The notes under the pieces: generated by a model
What the model saw: only the letters and a program-made list of their open reading frames with translations
Told to the model about the DNA's origin: nothing
Databases searched by the model: none
Shown: positions 1 to 7,552 of the stretch, one piece after another
Layout of the letters: every line of letters begins with the position of its first letter
Numbering within the stretch: the first letter of the stretch is position 1
Program-made: the position numbers and the translations under genes
Virus genome (UHGV): UHGV-1980068
Direction: 5' to 3' (one strand)
DNA: 14,492 nucleotides
Source: a virus

Positions 1-7
1 ACGGGGT

Positions 8-223
8 ATGTACCAGATGGAAAAAATCACAACAGGTGTGTCATACACCACGTCAGCGGTGGGAACGGGCTACTGGTTCCTGCAGTTGCTGGACAGGGTT
101 TCCCCGTCTCAGTGGGCGGCAATAGGCGTGCTGGGGAGTCTGCTGTTTGGGCTGCTGACATATCTGACGAACCTGTATTTCAAGATTAAAGAAGACCGGC
201 GTAAGGCGGCGCGGGGAGAGTAG
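8..223 (+). CDS. Pinholin (phage 21 S21-like class II holin), 71 aa
   Basis: Translation recalls phage 21 S21 from memory (GYWFLQ..[17 protein letters not shown]...[22 protein letters not shown]). Two hydrophobic segments, the first Gly/Ala/Thr-rich and SAR-like, plus a charged C-terminal tail. Met1 and Met4 (nt 8 and 17) could be a dual-start motif. Sits directly upstream of a SAR endolysin. Only 7 nt lie upstream in the window, so the true start cannot be fully confirmed. Confidence 0.8.
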   Translation: MYQMEKITTGVSYTTSAVGTGYWFLQLLDRVSPSQWAAIGVLGSLLFGLLTYLTNLYFKIKEDRRKAARGE

Positions 224-226
224 ACG

Positions 227-736
227 ATGAATAAACAATACGAACTGGTTGTTAAAGGGATAAATAATTACCCGGATAAGATTACTGTTACTGTAGCGCT
301 GGAAACGGGTGGGTATACGTCACTGTTGTTGCCAAATGTGGTGATTGATCTTGATCGTGTTGAAGGTGCCCCGCTGGAGTTTTACGAAGCTGAGGCGAAA
401 AAGAAGGCGAAGCAGTTTTTCATGGATATTGCTGCCGGGTTATGTGAAGGGGATGAACAGTCACAGGAAAAGTGCCTTTGTTCCGAAGATCGGTATACCA
501 TACAAATTAACAATGCATATAACACGATACTGTCAGAAAAAGATGATATCGAATCACGCATTGAAAAACTGGAGAATTGCGTCGTTGAACTGAATAAAAA
601 ACTGTCGACGCTGATGCCTTCTGAAGATGCAAAAAAACGCCGCGATGAGCAGTTCGCGGCGTTTTACGATTATTGCATTGAAGTTACTCGCAGGAATTTT
701 GTGAAGGCTTTTGAGGAGAGTAAATCTCTTCAGTAA
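227..736 (+). CDS. Hypothetical protein, 169 aa (AT-rich insert in lysis cassette; predicted coiled-coil C-terminal half)
   Basis: Long ORF starting 4 nt after the holin stop, with GGGGAGAG upstream of the ATG. Visibly more AT-rich than the flanking phage genes. No recognisable catalytic motif; Cys cluster CEGDEQSQEKCLC; K/E-rich heptad-like C-terminus. Confidence 0.6.
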   Translation: MNKQYELVVKGINNYPDKITVTVALETGGYTSLLLPNVVIDLDRVEGAPLEFYEAEAKKKAKQFFMDIAAGLCEGDEQSQEKCLCSEDRYTIQINNAYNTILSEKDDIESRIEKLENCVVELNKKLSTLMPSEDAKKRRDEQFAAFYDYCIEVTRRNFVKAFEESKSLQ

Positions 737-944
737 GCTTAATGGCGGACGCTGCAATTAATTCAGGAAGGTCCGCAAGGTCATCTGTCAGTGGGAATGA
801 TGAAAAATCGGCGGCAGTTCTGTTAAGAATTGCTTTAACTAATTCCTTTTCCTCATCCGGCAACACGTTGATTAGAGCTACGACTGCTTGCCTGAGTGCG
901 ATTAAATCAGCAAAAGTTTGTTTTGGTAGATTTGGATAATCCAT
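684..944 (-). CDS. Hypothetical small acidic protein, 87 aa (convergent partner of the 169-aa ORF)
   Basis: Minus-strand ORF. I place the start at the internal Met (MDYPNLPKQTF...) because it is preceded by AGAGGTG a few nt upstream; the tool's longer 684..1016 version lacks an RBS. Same AT-rich composition as 227..736. Its 3' end overlaps the 3' end of 227..736 by 53 nt. Confidence 0.45.
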   Translation of the reverse strand: MDYPNLPKQTFADLIALRQAVVALINVLPDEEKELVKAILNRTAADFSSFPLTDDLADLPELIAASAIKLTEEIYSPQKPSQNSCE

Positions 945-1055
945 AGTCACCTCTGTGTTTATCAGATTGACATACCCTGGCCAGTGCCCACCACTGGCGG
1001 GGTGAAGGCTTAACATATCCAGGGATTCGGAACCGATAAATCCTGATAAATATCC

Positions 1056-1592
1056 ATGAACGCAAAAATCAAATACGGCCTGTCAGCTGCTGTTCTGGCG
1101 CTGATTGCTGCAGGCGCGTCTGCTCCTCAGATACTTGACCAGTTTCTGGACGAAAAAGAGGGTAACCACACAACGGCATACCGTGATGGTGCAGGTATCT
1201 GGACCATCTGCCGTGGTGCCATCATGGTGGATGGCAAACCTGTCGTTCCGGGCATGAAGTTGTCGAAGGAAAAATGCGACCGGGTTAACGCCATTGAGCG
1301 TGATAAAGCGCTGGCGTGGGTGGAGAAAAACATCAGAGTGCCGCTGACCNNNNNNNNNNNNNNNNNNNNNATCGCGTCATTCTGTCCGTACAACATTGGT
1401 CCCGGTAAGTGTTTCCCGTCGACGTTTTACAGACGAATTAATGCTGGTGATCGCAGGGGAGCATGCGAAGCGATTCGCTGGTGGATTAAGGACGGTGGCA
1501 GAGACTGCCGTATTCGCTCAAACAACTGTTACGGTCAGGTATCCCGTCGCGACCAGGAGAGTGCGCTGGCGTGCTGGGGAATTGACAGATAA
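1056..1592 (+). CDS. SAR endolysin (T4-lysozyme-fold phage lysozyme, R21/RrrD-like), interrupted by an in-frame 21-N gap
   Basis: N-terminal weakly hydrophobic Gly/Ala-rich signal-anchor-release segment (YGLSAAVLALIAAGASAP). Catalytic E-x8-D-x5-T triad visible in EGNHTTAYRDGAGIWT. Translation closely recalls E. coli cryptic-prophage lysozyme RrrD. The N-run is 21 nt, so the reading frame is preserved across it. Confidence 0.85.
   Translation: MNAKIKYGLSAAVLALIAAGASAPQILDQFLDEKEGNHTTAYRDGAGIWTICRGAIMVDGKPVVPGMKLSKEKCDRVNAIERDKALAWVEKNIRVPLTXXXXXXXIASFCPYNIGPGKCFPSTFYRRINAGDRRGACEAIRWWIKDGGRDCRIRSNNCYGQVSRRDQESALACWGIDR
1350..1370. other. Assembly gap (21 N) inside the endolysin gene
   Basis: Run of n characters in the sequence. 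Confidence 0.99.
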
Positions 1593-1681
1593 GCAGAATA
1601 TTTTGCTGAAAAATGCGGTTTGCTCACACGGACGGATAACACGAAATCCTGCGAACTGACAAAAACTAAGTGAATAAAAGT

Positions 1682-1716
1682 AAAAACCCCGTTTGTTGGC
1701 TGCAAGCGGGGTTTTG
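1682..1716 (+). terminator. Rho-independent terminator-like hairpin (potentially bidirectional)
   Basis: aaaaACCCCG-tttgttggctgcaag-CGGGGTtttt: GC stem flanked by an A-run upstream and a T-run downstream, about 90 nt after the endolysin stop. Confidence 0.6.
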
Positions 1717-1748
1717 TGTTTCTGACCTTGGATAAGGCAAGGGAGAAC

Positions 1749-1931
1749 ATGGAAAAGTATAAACGAATTCTGTTGAGGTTGACTATGAAAAACGGCCTTG
1801 AACTGAAAGCGCCTGTAACTGATGACATCAGCAGAGCACTGGCTTTTGCCATTAAGTGGGTGGCGGTCGGTGTTGCTGTGTCCCCGATGCTGTATGGGCT
1901 GGCAAAACTGGTCATTGCGTTGAAATCGTGA
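1749..1931 (+). CDS. Hypothetical small membrane protein, 60 aa, single C-terminal TM
   Basis: ATG preceded by AAGGCAAGGGAGA. Charged N-terminus followed by a hydrophobic stretch (IKWVAVGVAVSPMLYGLAKLVIAL). Tightly packed between endolysin and Rz. The tool's GTG start at 1716 lies inside the terminator hairpin and is less likely. Confidence 0.45.
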   Translation: MEKYKRILLRLTMKNGLELKAPVTDDISRALAFAIKWVAVGVAVSPMLYGLAKLVIALKS

Positions 1932-1945
1932 AGGGAGGATTAAGC

Positions 1946-2077
1946 ATGTCAGACAAACTCATAACGCTGGCGAAGATCCTCTGTGTAATTGTCGGCATTT
2001 CATTTTCACTAATGCTGGTTGCCATTTTCTTTTCCACCGCCTGGCGAGTCCTGACGTTATCGGGACTGGTGGGGTGA
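1946..2077 (+). CDS. Hypothetical small membrane peptide, 43 aa, single TM
   Basis: Strong RBS AAGGGAGGA at 1931-1939 overlapping the stop of the previous ORF. Almost entirely hydrophobic ([23 protein letters not shown]). Ends 8 nt before the Rz start. Confidence 0.4.
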   Translation: MSDKLITLAKILCVIVGISFSLMLVAIFFSTAWRVLTLSGLVG

Positions 2078-2084
2078 AAGAGAG

Positions 2085-2550
2085 ATGAGCCGTGTTCTGT
2101 GTGTGGTGATTATTGTCCTGGCGGGTGGCTGTGGTGCGCTGTGGCTGGCAACAGACCATTACCGCGATAACGCCATCACCTACAAAGTGCAGCGCGATAA
2201 AAAAGCCAGAGAGCTGGAGCTGGCAAACGCCACCATTACTGATATGCAGGTGCGCCAGCGCGATGTTGCTGCGCTCGATGCAAAATACTCGAGGGAATTA
2301 GCCGATGCGAGAGCTGAAAATGAAACTCTGCGTGCTGATGTTGCTGCTGGTCGTAAGCGCCTGCGGATCAACGCCACCTGCTCCGGTACCGTGCGTGAAG
2401 CCACCGGCACCTCCGGCATGGATAATGCAACCGGCCCCCGACTGGCAGACACCGNNNNNNNNNNATTTCACCCTCAGAGAGCGGTTGATGATGATGCAGA
2501 AGCAGCTGGAAGGGGCACAGGAATATATCCGCACTCAGTGCCTGAAATAA
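2085..2550 (+). CDS. Rz: Rz i-spanin (inner-membrane spanin subunit), frame broken by a 10-N gap
   Basis: N-terminal approximately 120 aa closely recall lambda Rz (MSRV...[45 protein letters not shown]...AAGRxRL). After the gap the homologous C-terminus (FTLRERLxxMQKQLEGxQxYIxxQC) continues in the +1 frame to the stop at 2548-2550. The tool's 2085..2642 tail is a frame artefact. Confidence 0.85.
2305..2488 (+). CDS. Rz1: Rz1 o-spanin (outer-membrane lipoprotein spanin subunit), embedded in Rz in an alternative frame
   Basis: Translation [22 protein letters not shown]...[21 protein letters not shown] has a lipobox-like VVSAC and Pro-rich body, recalling lambda Rz1. After the N gap, att tca ccc tca gag agc ggt tga gives ISPSERG-stop, matching the lambda Rz1 C-terminus. 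Confidence 0.75.
2455..2464. other. Assembly gap (10 N) inside Rz/Rz1
   Basis: Run of n characters. Both Rz and Rz1 change frame across it, so the true gap length is not 10 nt. Confidence 0.99.
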
Positions 2551-2851
2551 GTTTTGCTGATGCGCCGTATCGTCGCAGTATTCCCGCATTAACAGAGACC
2601 TCAGCCAGACACTGGACCTCCTGCGCGAGTGTGTGGGGATAATCAAAAACGATGCACACCGGGCTTTCCACGTTTTCAGGTAACGTGAGCGTTTTCCCGC
2701 ATGGCCGCCTGTCCGGTGCGGTGGTGGAAGAAACCGGATAAAACAACCATATTGTGTAAATATCAATCAAACAAGACGCTGCTGTGTGAATTCTGAAAAA
2801 TCACAGCGGTCATTATGCGTCAGTTTTTAACAGAGGACGTCAGAAAGTGAC

Positions 2852-3703
2852 ATGGCAAAGCTGGACTGGAAAAAACTGGAGCAGGTATTCCGACGCGAAC
2901 ATGCCAGAACTGGCATAAAACTTCAGGACTGGTGTCGACAGAACAATATCTGCTATGGCACGGCTCGTCGGTACATAAAACTGCGCAAAAACTCCCCCAA
3001 AAATACAGAGGAAAGTGCGCAGAAAAATGCGCAAAAAAGTGCGCAAATTGACACTCAAAAAAGCGCACAAAAAAATGCGCATGGAGCTGATGACGAGTCC
3101 AGTAATGACGAGTCTTACGGCGATGATGGCAGTGATGAAAAATGCGCAAAAAACTGCGCAAATTCGGCAGAAACGAAACGCAACAGCAGATCGGGTAATC
3201 CTCACCCCGTTGCCCGGTTTAGCGACCGTAACACCCACGCCGTGAGACACCGTGGATATGCGAAGTATCTTGAGGCAGATAACCTCATGGATGATGCGTC
3301 CGATATGGTGCTGTTCGATGAACTGGTGTTCACCCGTGCCCGCGCACTTTCAGTAACAGGAACACTGAAAAAAATGTTCGCCGACCTGAAAGAGGCGGCT
3401 GACGTGGAAACCCGTGTTGCCCTGTACGACAAAATACTTAAAGCCGAACAGGCTCTTGACCGGAATATTGCCCGTATCGAGTCAATTGAACGCTCATTGC
3501 TGACGCTGGACGTTCTGGCGGAAACAGCACCAAAACTTCGTGCTGACCGGGAAAGAATCAACGCCGCCAGAGATAAACTCAGAGCGGAAACCGATATTCT
3601 GACCAGCCAGCGCCGGGGGGTTATTACGCCAGTCAGTGACATCGTGTCATCGCTGCATGAAATGAGTAATTCGGGGAGACTGGATGACATTCCGGAAGAA
3701 TGA
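2852..3703 (+). CDS. Putative terminase small subunit (TerS), 283 aa
   Basis: Sits immediately upstream of the large terminase and overlaps its start by 20 nt. N-terminal basic, HTH-like region (GIKLQDWCRQNNICYGTARRYIKLRK). Low-complexity SAQKNAQKSAQ middle. C-terminal coiled-coil. Confidence 0.6.
   Translation: MAKLDWKKLEQVFRREHARTGIKLQDWCRQNNICYGTARRYIKLRKNSPKNTEESAQKNAQKSAQIDTQKSAQKNAHGADDESSNDESYGDDGSDEKCAKNCANSAETKRNSRSGNPHPVARFSDRNTHAVRHRGYAKYLEADNLMDDASDMVLFDELVFTRARALSVTGTLKKMFADLKEAADVETRVALYDKILKAEQALDRNIARIESIERSLLTLDVLAETAPKLRADRERINAARDKLRAETDILTSQRRGVITPVSDIVSSLHEMSNSGRLDDIPEE
3016..3160. repeat. Phased array of TGCGCA palindromes (six perfect, one GCGCA) within terS; candidate pac/TerS-binding site
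   Basis: TGCGCA at 3016, 3028, 3040, 3076, 3143, 3155 and GCGCA at 3063. Spacings of 12-13 bp within each cluster. Two near-identical approximately 30-bp copies (aaaaatgcgcaaaaaa[g/c]tgcgcaaatt) at 3022-3049 and 3137-3164. Confidence 0.6.
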
Positions 3704-5390
3704 ACCGCGATGTGATGAACCGTCAGAAATGACCGGGACCGAACAACGTCTGTTCATCATGACTAAACTGAGCAATCCCTGGTGGCGGCTCAATCATCTC
3801 TACAAAATACAGAACGAAAAAGGTGAGCTGGTCACCTTCAGAATGCGACCGGCGCAGCGCCAGTTGTTCCGGAGCATGCACAATAAAAATATTATCCTGA
3901 AAGCACGCCAGCTGGGGTTTTCCACGGCCATTGATATTTATCTTCTCGACCAGGCATTATTCATACCGCATCTCAAATGCGGGATTGTCGCTCAGGATAA
4001 ACAGGCTGCCAGTGAAATTTTCCGCACCAAAATTGCTGTACCGTTTGATCATCTTCCTGACTGGCTGAGAGCCTCATTCACCATCGTTGAACGTCGTAGC
4101 GGAGCCAGCGGTGGCTATATCCTGTTTGGTCACGGCTCGAGTATCCAGGTGGCAACCTCATTCCGTTCAGGTACGGTGCAGCGCCTGCATATCTCAGAGC
4201 ACGGCAAAATTTGCGCAAAATATCCGGCTAAGGCGAAAGAACTGCGAACCGGTACACTTAATGCCGTCTCTGATGAGTGCATTATCTTTGATGAATCCAC
4301 TGCTGAAGGTGTGGGTGGCGATTTTTACGAGATGAGTAACCGGGCACAGGAAATCACTGCATCAGGGCTGGCGCTGACGCCACAGGATTATAAATTCCAT
4401 TTTTACGCCTGGTGGCAGGATCTCAAATACAGCGCCAGAGTGCCGGAAAGCGGACTTAAGCTGTCACGGGAAAAAACAGCGTATTTTTCTGCGGTTGAAA
4501 AAGCAATGAACATCACGCTTACCGATGAGCAGAAACACTGGTACATCTGCAAGGAAACTGAACAGCGTGAGGAAATGAAGCAGGAATTTCCCTCAACGCC
4601 ACAGGAGGCGTTTCTGACGTCAGGACGACGGGTGTTCAGTGCGGAAAGCACGCTGCAGGCAGAGTCATTCTGTTCGCCACCGCTGATTGTTTATGACATT
4701 GAACCGGTTACAGGAACGAAGACCAAGGCGCAGTCTCTGCGTGACGGGAATAAAGCCGAACAGCACCGGACGCTGATGAATTATCTGCTGGTCTGGGAGC
4801 TGCCGGATCCGGATGAAGAGTATGTATGCGGAGCAGATACCGCTGAGGGGCTGGAGCACGGAGACCGCTCATCGCTGGATATCATCAGATGCAGTAATGG
4901 TGAGCAGGTGGCTCACTGGTTTGGTCATCTCGATGCGGAGCTTTTCGCTCATCTCATTGCGCAGGTCTGCCGTATGTACAACAACGCGTTTGTGGGGCCG
5001 GAGCGTAACAATCACGGACATGCCGTTATCCTGAAACTCAGGGAACTCTATCCGACGCGTTATATCTACAACGAACAGCACCTTGACCAGGCATATGACG
5101 ACGATACGCCCCGTCTTGGCTGGCTGACAACCCGCCAGAGTAAACCGGTCCTGACAGAGGGAATGAAAACGCTGCTGAATAACGGCCTGTCGGGGATCCG
5201 CTGGTCGGGCACATTATCAGAAATGAACACCTACGTTTATGACGCGAAAGGCTCCATGAATGCACAGGAAGGCTGTTTTGATGATCAGCTTATGAGCTAC
5301 ATGATTGCCCAGGAGATGCGCGCCAGAATGCCGGTGAGGGTAAAACAGAAAACGGATAAACGCAGAACCACACACTGGATGGCTCACTGA
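3684..5390 (+). CDS. Terminase large subunit (TerL), 568 aa
   Basis: GGGGAGA RBS. N-terminal ATPase-like region with Walker-A-like ILKARQLGFST and Walker-B-like hydrophobic-DE (IIFDEST). C-terminal nuclease-like region. Translationally coupled to the downstream portal (ATGA overlap). Confidence 0.8.
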   Translation: MTFRKNEPRCDEPSEMTGTEQRLFIMTKLSNPWWRLNHLYKIQNEKGELVTFRMRPAQRQLFRSMHNKNIILKARQLGFSTAIDIYLLDQALFIPHLKCGIVAQDKQAASEIFRTKIAVPFDHLPDWLRASFTIVERRSGASGGYILFGHGSSIQVATSFRSGTVQRLHISEHGKICAKYPAKAKELRTGTLNAVSDECIIFDESTAEGVGGDFYEMSNRAQEITASGLALTPQDYKFHFYAWWQDLKYSARVPESGLKLSREKTAYFSAVEKAMNITLTDEQKHWYICKETEQREEMKQEFPSTPQEAFLTSGRRVFSAESTLQAESFCSPPLIVYDIEPVTGTKTKAQSLRDGNKAEQHRTLMNYLLVWELPDPDEEYVCGADTAEGLEHGDRSSLDIIRCSNGEQVAHWFGHLDAELFAHLIAQVCRMYNNAFVGPERNNHGHAVILKLRELYPTRYIYNEQHLDQAYDDDTPRLGWLTTRQSKPVLTEGMKTLLNNGLSGIRWSGTLSEMNTYVYDAKGSMNAQEGCFDDQLMSYMIAQEMRARMPVRVKQKTDKRRTTHWMAH

Positions 5391-7534
5391 TGAAAAATGA
5401 AACTAATACCATGGCGACGAAAAACGACAACGGAGCCACGCCGCGTTTTTCTCAGCGCCAGTTACAGGCGCTTTGTTCTGATATTGACAGTCAGCCTAAA
5501 TGGCGCGATGCCGCAAACAAGGCCTGTGCGTATTACGATGGTGACCAGTTGCCACCGGAAGTTCTCCAGGTGTTGAAAGATCGCGGTCAGCCGATGACCA
5601 TCCATAACCTCATCGCGCCTACCGTTGATGGTGTTCTGGGTATGGAGGCCAAAACGCGGACTGATCTGTTGGTGATATCAGATGATCCTGATGATGAAAC
5701 AGAAAAACTGGCTGAAGCTATTAATGCTGAATTTGCCGATGCTTGCCGCCTTGGAAATATGAATAAAGCCCGTTCTGATGCCTATGCGGAACAAATCAAA
5801 GCGGGGCTCAGCTGGGTGGAGGTCAGACGGAACAGCGATCCGTTCGGGCCTGAGTTTAAGGTGTCTACTGTCAGCCGGAATGAAGTGTTCTGGGACTGGC
5901 TTAGCCGGGAGGCTGATTTAAGTGACTGCCGCTGGCTGATGCGCCGCCGCTGGATGGATACCGATGAGGCAAAAGCCACATTTCCGGGAATGGCTCAGGT
6001 TATCGATTATGCCATTGATGACTGGCGTGGTTTTGTCGATACCACGGTTACTGAAGGCCAGCCCAGTCCGTTGATGAGTGCATGGGAAGAGTATCAGTCA
6101 TGGGATCGACAGCAGAACGAATGGCTTCAGCGTGAACGCCGTCGTGTGCTGCTTCAGGTGGTTTATTACCGTACATTCGAGCGTCTTCCGGTGATTGAAC
6201 TCAGTAATGGACGGGTGGTGGCCTTTGATAAAAATAATCTGATGCATGCGGTGGCTGTGGCATCCGGGCGGGTGCAGGTGAGAGTCGGGCGGGTAAGTCG
6301 TATTCGTGAAGCCTGGTTTGTGGGACCGCACTTTATTGTGGATCGCCCCTGCAGTGCGCCGCAGGGGATGTTCCCGCTGGTTCCCTTCTGGGGATACCGG
6401 AAGGATAAAACCGGGGAGCCTTACGGGCTGATTTCCCGGGCCATTCCGGCACAGGATGAGGTGAATTTTCGTCGTATAAAACTGACGTGGTTGCTTCAGG
6501 CCAAACGCGTGATTATGGACGAGGATGCCACCCAGTTGTCAGACAACGATCTGATGGAGCAGATCGAGCGTCCGGATGGCATTATTAAACTGAATCCGGC
6601 CCGAAAAAATCAGAAAAGCGTTGCTGATGTTTTCCGGGTTGAACAGGATTTTCAGGTTGCCAGCCAGCAGTTTCAGGTCATGCAGGAGTCGGAAAAACTT
6701 ATCCAGGACACGATGGGGGTTTATTCCGCATTTCTCGGGCAGGATTCAAATGCATCGTCCGGCGTGGCGATCAGCAACCTGGTGGAGCAGGGAGCCACAA
6801 CCCTTGCCGAAATCAACGATAACTACCAGTTTGCCTGCCAGCAGGTGGGAAGGCTGTTGCTCGCTTATCTTCTTGATGACCTGAAAAAGCGGCGTAATCA
6901 TGCGGTGGTGATTAATCGCGATGATCGTCAGCGTCGCCAGACCATTGTCCTCAATGCTGAAGGTGATAATGGTGAACTGACCAATGATATTTCAAGGTTA
7001 AATACACATATTGCGCTGGCTCCTGTTCAGCAGACACCGGCGTTTAAGGCACAGCTTGCACAGAGAATGTCAGAGGTTATTCAGGGGCTGCCGCCTCAGG
7101 TGCAGGCTGTTGTGCTCGATCTGTGGGTTAATCTTCTGGATGTGCCGCAGAAACAGGAATTTGTCGAACGTATTCGTGCGGCGCTGGGGACGCCAAAATC
7201 ACCGGATGAGATGACTCCGGAAGAGCAGGAAGCGGCAGCACAACAGCAGGCGCTGGAGCAACAGCAGGCAGAACTTCAGATGCGCGAAATGACAGGCCGG
7301 GTGGCTAAACTGGAAGCAGAAGCTGCCAGGGCACGCGCGGCTGCGCAACGGGATAATGCTGGCGCACAACGGGATGTCGCCGCGGCACAGGGACAGCGTT
7401 ATGTGGATGCGCTTAACCAGGCACATACGGCAGAAATCATTACCGGCATACAGAATATGGAACAGGAGCAGGAAGTTCTTCAGCAACAGATGCTGCATAC
7501 ACTACAACAGCGGATGCATGAAATGCCGCTCTGA
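5390..7534 (+). CDS. Portal protein, 714 aa
   Basis: Large protein immediately after TerL with a stop/start overlap. Long C-terminal Q/A/E-rich coiled-coil (QQQALEQQQAELQMREM...AKLEAEAARARAAAQ) typical of podovirus-type portals. Size and position fit. Confidence 0.75.
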   Translation: MKNETNTMATKNDNGATPRFSQRQLQALCSDIDSQPKWRDAANKACAYYDGDQLPPEVLQVLKDRGQPMTIHNLIAPTVDGVLGMEAKTRTDLLVISDDPDDETEKLAEAINAEFADACRLGNMNKARSDAYAEQIKAGLSWVEVRRNSDPFGPEFKVSTVSRNEVFWDWLSREADLSDCRWLMRRRWMDTDEAKATFPGMAQVIDYAIDDWRGFVDTTVTEGQPSPLMSAWEEYQSWDRQQNEWLQRERRRVLLQVVYYRTFERLPVIELSNGRVVAFDKNNLMHAVAVASGRVQVRVGRVSRIREAWFVGPHFIVDRPCSAPQGMFPLVPFWGYRKDKTGEPYGLISRAIPAQDEVNFRRIKLTWLLQAKRVIMDEDATQLSDNDLMEQIERPDGIIKLNPARKNQKSVADVFRVEQDFQVASQQFQVMQESEKLIQDTMGVYSAFLGQDSNASSGVAISNLVEQGATTLAEINDNYQFACQQVGRLLLAYLLDDLKKRRNHAVVINRDDRQRRQTIVLNAEGDNGELTNDISRLNTHIALAPVQQTPAFKAQLAQRMSEVIQGLPPQVQAVVLDLWVNLLDVPQKQEFVERIRAALGTPKSPDEMTPEEQEAAAQQQALEQQQAELQMREMTGRVAKLEAEAARARAAAQRDNAGAQRDVAAAQGQRYVDALNQAHTAEIITGIQNMEQEQEVLQQQMLHTLQQRMHEMPL

Positions 7535-7552
7535 AAATCCTGAACTTAACGG

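Noticed and set aside
345-757. Alternative-frame ORFs 345..593 (+) and 554..757 (-) inside the 169-aa gene
   Set aside because: Embedded in a longer ORF with a good start context. Translations are basic and low-complexity, typical of off-frame AT-rich DNA.
742-939. Plus-strand 65-aa ORF
   Set aside because: Entirely antisense to the better-supported minus-strand 87-aa ORF, with no RBS; likely a shadow ORF.
684-1016. Longer 110-aa version of the minus-strand cargo ORF starting at 1016
   Set aside because: The upstream Met has no RBS and would place the start inside the endolysin leader. The internal Met at 944 has an AGAGGTG RBS.
1396-1659. Plus-strand 87-aa ORF overlapping the endolysin 3' half, and minus-strand ORFs 1127..1396 and 1535..1915
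   Set aside because: All are alternative-frame or antisense overlaps of the well-supported endolysin and of the terminator; none has an RBS or plausible product.
2085-2642. 185-aa version of Rz extending to 2642
   Set aside because: The extension beyond the N gap is in the wrong frame. The homologous Rz C-terminus is in the +1 frame and ends at 2550.
2368-2770. Minus-strand ORFs of 132 aa and 98 aa at the position where lambda carries bor
   Set aside because: Both overlap Rz/Rz1 extensively. Neither has a lipoprotein signal peptide or any Bor-like sequence, and neither has a convincing RBS.
3016-3160. Possibility that the terS repeats are a CRISPR array or a tandem-repeat mobile element
   Set aside because: The repeats are 6-30 bp with irregular spacing and sit inside an intact ORF; there is no repeat-spacer architecture and there are no cas genes.
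3015-3690. ORFs 3015..3245 (+) and 3202..3690 (-) within terS
   Set aside because: They are embedded in or antisense to the terS gene. The first is just the repeat region read in another frame (K/R-rich).
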